The position numbers and the translations under genes were made by a program. From Phallusia mammillata (taxonomy: Eukaryota), in assembly GCA_965637545.1 (NCBI GenBank), contig OZ281499.1, positions 6,076,001-6,140,000 on the forward strand: 64,000 nt of DNA, read 5' to 3'. Positions 61,478 through 64,000 of the stretch are shown one piece after another. How positions within the stretch are numbered: the first letter of the stretch is position 1; each line of letters opens with the position of its first letter. Below the pieces are notes generated by a model. That model was given only the letters and a program-made list of their open reading frames with translations. It made no database searches and was not told the DNA's origin.

Positions 61478-62685
61478 AACAATTGTTGTGTGTCAGATTA
61501 TTATGTTGCATTGACAGATTGTTTTGGTGGTAGTCCAAGTTGAAGCTAAGACTTTTTAACAAACAGTATTTAATATAGAAAATAAGTTTGAACATAAATT
61601 CAGTGTTGCTAAAATGAATTTGCTAATTAAAACAGCTTACATTGTTTTCAGAAAAACATTTGTTATGTTTGTTTATGTTCCAAATATTTTGCCCTCACGG
61701 TTTGTGAGTGTATATTTGTGTTTTAATTTGCCTGCCCGAATACTACAAGCAGATAACCATTTCCTTTTTTAGCATAAATATAAATGCTTTGTATAATTTA
61801 ACTATTATTTCCCTCAGTTCAAACCTTTTGCATGTAACTTTTGAATTTTTTGATACTGCCGACTTTGCATGGTGAAGTTTAAATATTGAAGTGAGTTTAA
61901 ATGATTGCAAACTTTCCATTTCTGCCCACAAGCATGGTGATGTTAATATTATTCCACTTTCCTTTCTGGCTTGTTCTCATTATATACTTGTGCTTGTTTT
62001 TGTTTGCTTCGCTATCCTATTAAACTTTTGCCTATAATGTTTATTGTATATAATTGCATTGTTCTGTTTGACAAGATAAGTTCTAAAAAACATTATATAT
62101 TACAGGAAATCATACTAAGCCAGAACAATTAAAGGTGTTGTACCGAATTGGTGATACCAAGCATTCTTAAATCTGGAAAGAGTCTTCTTGCGGGTTTGAA
62201 TCCCATTAAAGGCTAGATTTTCCTGCATGTGCCTTGCCATTTGGGAATGCTTGGTGACCAGCTGATTCAGTACCACACCTTCAATGGGCAAGGTGTACTG
62301 TGATTTATATATGAATGTGCTGTCTTTGCATGGACGGTACAAGGCTGATCTCAGTTATCAATTTATGTTCATCTTAAATGATATTGCAGGGAAGTTTTAG
62401 ATATTACAGATAACCAACAACATGCAAAACACCTAGAGACAAAGAAACAGAAAACAAATTTTTTGTGCAGCAAGTGCTTCTTCATTTGCTGCAGGATTGT
62501 TTTTAGTTAACTTTCATCAGTATAATTTTGGTTTCTTTACAACTACCTCATTTCCTTTTCGCTCTGATTATTTTTTTTTACTTTACCCATATTTTGGTTT
62601 TGGTTTTTCCCATTTTTGTTTGTTAGTTTTGCTGTCTGATATTTTATTTGTTTTGTTTCCTTATCTTCATTACCTCACTTCCCAG

Positions 62686-62772
62686 GTTAAATGAATCAAA
62701 CAGACAGACAACTGTTGCAAGAGAGCAGGCTGATCGATACATTCACCAGTTGGATGATAATGAAAAGAAAAG
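62686..62772 (+). CDS. RUFY1/2/3: RUFY exon (long isoform)
   Basis: Strong acceptor cacttcccag; LNESNRQTTVAREQADRYIHQLDDNEKK; phase 2-2. Confidence 0.88.
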
Positions 62773-62898
62773 GTAACGGAACCATAGCAAATCTGCCAAT
62801 ACTTGCAATTGCAAAGTGTTTGGTAACTTTGAACTTCTTGTAACCAGATTTTCTAACTTTTGATTTAAATAAGTAACTGGAGATTTAAGCAAAAAAAT

Positions 62899-63004
62899 AC
62901 ACATTGACCATTAATGCACATTTGACCATTAATGACCTGCCTGCAGAAGGAATAAATGACCTGCCTTATACACATTGACCATTAATGACCTGCCTGCAGA
63001 AGGG
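62899..63004. repeat. Local intronic direct repeats
   Basis: cacattgaccattaatg x3 and tgacctgcctgcagaagg x2. Confidence 0.85.
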
Positions 63005-63064
63005 CCTGATGCTTTTGAGTTTAAACACTCTCAGCCTTTTAGCCAGAACTTTATATTTTTACAG

Positions 63065-63289
63065 AGGTGTGCTGCTCACTAACCTCCAGGTTGAACATGA
63101 GTGGAGACAAGCTCTTGAATCCCAGAATGAAAAGATGCAGCAAGAGATAACTTTGCTCCAGGAGAAGGTTTCACTCATGGAGTCACTGAGGGAAGAACTC
63201 CAACAGCAAAAACTGGAGTACGAGGACCTCCAGGAGTCATGCCGGGAGCAAGAAATGACAATTACTGATCTTGCCAGCCAACTTGGAAA
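63065..63289 (+). CDS. RUFY1/2/3: RUFY second coiled-coil exon
   Basis: GVLLTNLQVEHEWRQALESQ...QEMTITDLASQLG; donor gtaaga. Confidence 0.95.
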
Positions 63290-63424
63290 GTAAGACTCCA
63301 TTATTATTGAGTACCAATTGCGGAACTTCTGTTAGTGTGTGTTAAATCATTACATTACTTTCCATTACATTTTAGAGTAGTGTTTAAACTGTGAAGCTAT
63401 GTTTCAGTCTTATTTACATGTCAT

Positions 63425-63740
63425 TGTAGCGAGGTTTCACAAGCGAGGTTTCATGGAGTCGTGGAACATACATTCTCACACCAACACGATGAACGTTAAA
63501 ACGGACGTTCTAATGCCGATAACTTATCGGTCGCTTTTGCACCATTGAGCCAGGTGTTATCACACGACCATTGGTGCGCACTGCGTTATTTCTATCGCCT
63601 TTTTTGTGTGTGTTTCGCCGCCCTTTTCGCTTTATAATAACTTGTGTTTGCAATGTATGTCATTACCCTGATGAAGGTGTTTCGTATGGGACATCGAAAC
63701 GTTGGCATATTACAATAAAAAACTGCCGGAAGAGCTAAAA
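63425..63740 (+). mobile_element. CpG-rich Penelope-like pLTR remnant (boundaries approximate)
   Basis: About 20 CpG in 300 bp within a CpG-poor intron; ends with hammerhead motif, AATAAA (63714-63719) and tgccggaagagct, shared with the 60.1-60.3 kb element. Confidence 0.6.
63655..63712 (+). ncRNA. Minimal type I hammerhead ribozyme motif
   Basis: cc CTGATGA(63668-63674) a ggtgt[ttcgtatggg]acatc GAAA(63696-63699) c GTT gg; palindromic AACGTT in place of a stem III hairpin. Confidence 0.72.
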
Positions 63741-63763
63741 ATTCTGTTAATATGTCATTGTAG

Positions 63764-63890
63764 GTCCAAGCAAGACCTAGGGGACTTGCAAGAGGTTCAC
63801 AAATCAGTGACCGGCAGTGTCTGGGAAAGTGACAAGCAAGTTACCACTTGTGCACAATGTGAAAAACCATTTAACCTGTCCAGAAGAAAG
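63764..63890 (+). CDS. RUFY1/2/3: RUFY exon, start of FYVE domain
   Basis: ...SVWESDKQVTTCAQCEKPFNLSRRK (WxxD, CxxC, RRK leading to HHCR); the gene continues beyond the window. Confidence 0.97.
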
Positions 63891-63897
63891 GTAAGTA

Positions 63898-64000
63898 CAG
63901 TAAACCTCACATAAGCTGGATTTTGGTTAGGCTTTAATTAATCAACATCAGTTAATATGGATATTCGCCTTTTCTGGACAAATTTTAGGTCCAATTGGGT
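63898..64000. mobile_element. Possible left end of a Tc1/mariner (pogo/Tigger-like) MITE
   Basis: ta|cagtaaacctc...ggacaaattttaggtcc resembles such ends; the right end is outside the window, so TIR and TSD cannot be checked. Confidence 0.35.

Noticed and set aside
62115-62342. Minus-strand 75-aa ORF in a GC-richer patch of a RUFY intron
   Set aside because: No homology or splice signals recognised; more plausibly UTR or regulatory sequence of the + strand gene.

Overview
Eukaryotic genomic DNA, most likely an invertebrate chordate such as an ascidian (inferred from the Pitx and RUFY peptides, short introns and mosaic CpG pattern). All protein-coding genes found are on the + strand. (1) The last coding exon of Pitx (777-1274: end of homeodomain helix 3 plus OAR domain) follows an intron carrying a FoxH1-type site. 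(2) A ~38 kb stretch with no recognisable protein domains alternates CpG-rich islands with AT-rich spacers. (3) An uncharacterised 10-coding-exon gene X (43140-50625, 533 aa, low complexity) could be threaded by hand in frame. It probably also has a distal 5' end right behind Pitx (2303-2762, 7360-7446), which would make the desert its giant intron; a 6-nt microexon candidate with two Rbfox sites lies inside it. (4) A RUFY1/2/3 orthologue (53775 to beyond the window end) has two alternative first coding exons and a FYVE-less alternative terminal exon, mirroring vertebrate RUFY3. Mobile elements are a perfect foldback/MULE-like element with a 9-bp TSD, two hAT MITEs with 8-bp TSDs, and a Penelope-like non-autonomous family carrying minimal hammerhead ribozyme motifs in RUFY introns. 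All gene models and counts were made by eye and need RNA-seq or homology confirmation.
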